DNA from: Jimgerdemannia flammicorona
Taxonomy: Eukaryota
NCBI GenBank assembly: GCA_003990765.1
Contig: RBNJ01000177.1
Coordinates: 1-37,791, forward strand
Direction of reading: 5' to 3'
Length of the DNA: 37,791 nucleotides
This document shows, one piece after another, positions 34,324 to 37,791 of this stretch. The position numbers and the translations under genes are program-made. A model generated the notes under the pieces. The model saw nothing but the letters and a program-made list of their open reading frames with translations, did not search any database and was not told the DNA's origin. The number at the start of each line of letters is the position of its first letter. Position 1 is the first letter of the stretch.

Positions 34324-35474
34324 AACAATTAATTAGTTAATAAGTGCTATGTAATTATAATAATTATAATAAAATAATTTTCCTTGCGAGAATGTAAATA
34401 TTCTTAACACCGTCCGAAGCAGAAGGCCGAGTTGTCTAAAACCCGACCAACAGGAACGTGGAATATTTGCGTGTGCTCCAAAATCCATACTTGAACTCAA
34501 CTTATCATCGTTTCGAGAAGCCCGAGTAGCTATAATATCTCACTCCGATACAAATACCATCTCGACAGTCTCGATCACTAAGCGCCACGCGACTTGATAA
34601 GATTGTTGGCTGTAAGTGAATAGTGAGCACGAGACCAATCCCGCTTGCTTCGTCTCTGGGTTCTCTCCCTTGCCCTGAGGGGTTACAGGTGGCAGCGCTC
34701 ATGTACTTATTACTAACCTACAATGAAACCCAGGTTTACAGCCGAATGATGGTGCACTACGTCGATCGCTCTTTTCTGCTTTTCGGATACGATTGATCTC
34801 AATAGTGCTACAAAGATGAAAACCGAGAAACACAAAAATCCAATCATTACATATACCTTTGCCATCGGATTATCTTCGTTCCGATATGTGTCAACATACG
34901 AAATGCGACACGAAGTAAACAAATAAATCCCGTCTCGGAATTCTTTCGTTTTGTGTGTGTGTATGCTGGAAACAAATCACCGCCCTGCCCTGGGTCATTT
35001 TTTTAAATAGTTAACAACAATGTCAAAACTTCGTCTTCCGTTGTTAACGTCGCTTCATTAGATTACATGTGCTTGGTCAACTATGTTACAATGTATATAC
35101 TTAAATTGGTCAATGGCTCTAACACAGTTAAACACAGTTAATTGGTATTGACAGCTTCATTCAGAAGCCACGATACTTGCAGCTTGCTTACAACATCAAC
35201 TTCTCCCAACATGGATAAATCCGAAATGTTTGCACCTCGGCTTCCGCCGGTTTTGTCCCCCAAAGTTATTCATTGCCAAACTAGCCAAGCCCCGATCATT
35301 CATCGAAAGTCCTTTTCGTTCCAATGTATAAATTGCCGCGCCTCGTTTCCAGACATCTCAAACATCTCATCATCTTGACTGACTCTCAGTCTGGAGGTAC
35401 AATACCGTTTCCAGTCCTCTTAGCTAGCATAACATATACCACTTTTCTTGCCATTCGATCAACCATCTCCCGCC

Positions 35475-37117
35475 ATGCGTTCACGTCAATCGATTCTTTC
35501 CGTACTCCTCCTCCTTTTCACCAACGTCTTCGCTGATCCTCCGAACCTCGCCCGTCGAGGCCCGAGCTCTGGTGGAAGTCTCGCCCTCTACTGGGGGCAG
35601 AACCCAGGCCCCTCGCAAGGATACAAGTCAGAAGGTTCACTGGCGTCCTACTGCCAGGATTCGACTGTCGACATCATTATCATATCCTTTCTGAACGGGT
35701 GGCGTCGTAAGTCCGACGGGTCCTATCAGATGGCCATGAATCTCGCGGTTCACACGGGAGATGGAAAGAGCTGCAACGGGGGCGCGCTCCTCTCGAACGG
35801 GCTGCCCAAATGCCCCGGTCTGGAGGCCGACATCAAGACATGCCAGGCGAAGGGGAAGAAAGTACTAATTGCGCTGGGCGGTTCCATCCCAGATGGAATC
35901 AATTATGGACTCGCGTCTGATGCGGATGGGAAGGCATTTGCGATAGGTAAAGATAACTTTTCCTCGTCATCATAGGCTTGGGCATGTACAAGACAGGACC
36001 TTTCTAATCCGGTGAATTTGTTCGAATTCCCAGCATTCAACCAAGTCTTCCTCGGCGACAAATCCAAACCTAACCTCCGTCCATTCGGCACCGCTGTGTT
36101 GGATGGCCTCGACCTTGACATCGAGCAAGGCTCCTCGAAGGGCTACGCAGCGTTCACGTTGGCCATCAAAAAGCTCTCCCCGAGTACCATCGTCGCGGCT
36201 GCGCCGCAATGTCCCATTCCAGACCGCTACTTGCAAGATGCGATGGTCCGCGGCCGTGTCGAATATATCTTTATGCAGTTTTACAACAATCCCGGATGCG
36301 CCGCAGTATCGGGTGGTTACAACTACAAAGACTGGGCCAACCTGGTGAGGACTAAGTTTGGGTATCGAAGCGCGAAGTTGTTTGTCGGGTTGCCCTCTTC
36401 GCCCGGCGATGCTCCTGCGGTAAGTGCAGTTCATGATTTTTCTTTCTTTGTAATGGTAAAGCCACCATTATTTACAAGCCTTGCATCTTCACTTCCATCC
36501 AACCTATTCTGATCCGCCGACCACACCCGCTCTTCGTATCACCCACTGTCTACAGGGCGGTTACGCGAACATCGCCCAGATCAAGCATATCATTGACATC
36601 ACCCGCAGCGGGAATTCGGACGTATTCGGCGGCATCGCATTCTGGGAGGCCTCGACGGCGTTCCTTAACAAACAGTCTGACGGGCAAGGGATCGCGCAAG
36701 GGACCAAGAAGTACCTATCGAAGGGAAGCACTGGCAAAGCCACGCCACGTTGTACCAAGATATACGTCACCAAATCTGGCGACAAGTGCTCCAAGGTAAG
36801 CGTTGAAGAGTGGAGTTGTTATGGTCGGGAATAACTATCCAGTATGCCGATTTTATTTTATTTTATTTATTTTAATTTTGAAACCTCTGCTTTCCATACA
36901 TTTTCCAGATTTCCAAGAAAAAGAAAGTCTCCAAGCAAAACCTGGCAAAATGGAACCCCAGGATCGATTGCATCAAATCGCTGCCCACTGGTCATACTAT
37001 CTGTCTGAGGTAGGTTTCGTCGTTTATGCCATGCTCTTTTGTTATTTTATTTTATTTTATTTTTTTCTCTGGCTCACGCTGCTAATCGGGGTCTCTTGAT
37101 ACAGCCAACCCAAGTAG
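35475..37117 (+). CDS. Secreted GH18 chitinase (class III / subgroup B, Cts1/hevamine-like) with C-terminal LysM domain, 5 exons
   Basis: Signal peptide MRSRQSILSVLLLLFTNVFA; YWGQN, IKTCQAKGKKVLIALGG, RPFGTAVLDGLDLDIE (intact DxxDxDxE), APQCP, QFYNN, FGGIAFWEAS. Spliced C-terminus CTKIYVTKSGDKCSK|ISKKKKVSKQNLAKWNPRIDCIKSLPTGHTICL|SQPK* is a Cys-bracketed fungal LysM. Confidence 0.92.
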
Positions 37118-37791
37118 CCATGGCGAAGAGTTAGGATCTTGTATATAAACGTATACCATACTCAGCTTAAATGATATATTATCTTTATATACATTTCTCC
37201 CCTGCCCTCCTTTTCCCTTGTCTCTTTTAAGGCCTATCAGCATACAAAAGTCATTCAAAATCTCTGCATAATCGACTTTTCGTAGTCTTTAAATTTGGTC
37301 ATATGTAGAAGGAGCGTTCATTAAGATGAACATACCATTCCACTTCGCTACACTACCGCATTGAGAGGCTTGTCGAGTAGAATGACATGTCGGCAGTTCA
37401 TTTTCGTAGCAGCCCTCGATTATGCAGGTTACCTATTGAGGAAATACCTAACGCCCGGTATTTGTTCAGGACACGGATCATTAGATTGATTCCAACAAAC
37501 AGTAAAAATAAAAAAAAATAAAAAAAGGGGGGGGGGGGGGGTGAAGTTATGAACAACCTATCTGTCAACCTGCAAATTCAAGATGCACACAACATTACGC
37601 AGAGGCAATCGTCATTCGTAACCAATTTGTAATGGGGTGCAAAACAAGCCAATACACGTGCCACACATTCAAGCACAGCCCATTTCCGGACGGCAATCGC
37701 ATGCAACCTTCATCGTGGCTCCCAAACAAACATCAAACAACAACAAAAAAAACCCCCCTGTTATTGACTCCGCTCGAGGGCACCCGTGACA

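Noticed and set aside
37503..37540. A-tract and G14 homopolymer
   Set aside because: Simple homopolymers are common throughout the window; no evidence of a retroposed element.

Overview
Eukaryotic, intron-rich fungal DNA with short GT-AG introns. The gene content (TKL kinase-Sel1 protein, TTC36, TVP18, Ecl1) suggests an early-diverging fungus, most plausibly Mucoromycota (Endogonales-like); this is inference. Bases 1-~5100 are an AT-rich, CpG-stripped block of nested, dead LTR-retrotransposon relics (two related LTR-like repeats, gag zinc knuckle, retropepsin) hypermutated by C>T/G>A changes at CpG and CpA. A gene-rich block follows: TVP18 (-), an Ecl1-family zinc protein (-), an APC amino-acid permease (-), TTC36 (+), a C2H2 transcription factor (+), a tightly divergent pair (uncharacterised protein / alpha-beta hydrolase), degenerate gene fragments and simple repeats, a pseudogene plus an intact tandem copy of a kinase-Sel1-repeat gene, and a secreted GH18 chitinase with a C-terminal LysM. 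The most notable signals are a ~415-nt fold-back at 16475-16890 whose mismatches are mostly G:U on the + strand (candidate hairpin-RNA locus from an inverted duplication of a small ORF) and the RIP-like mutation pattern. All exon boundaries and alignments were made by eye.
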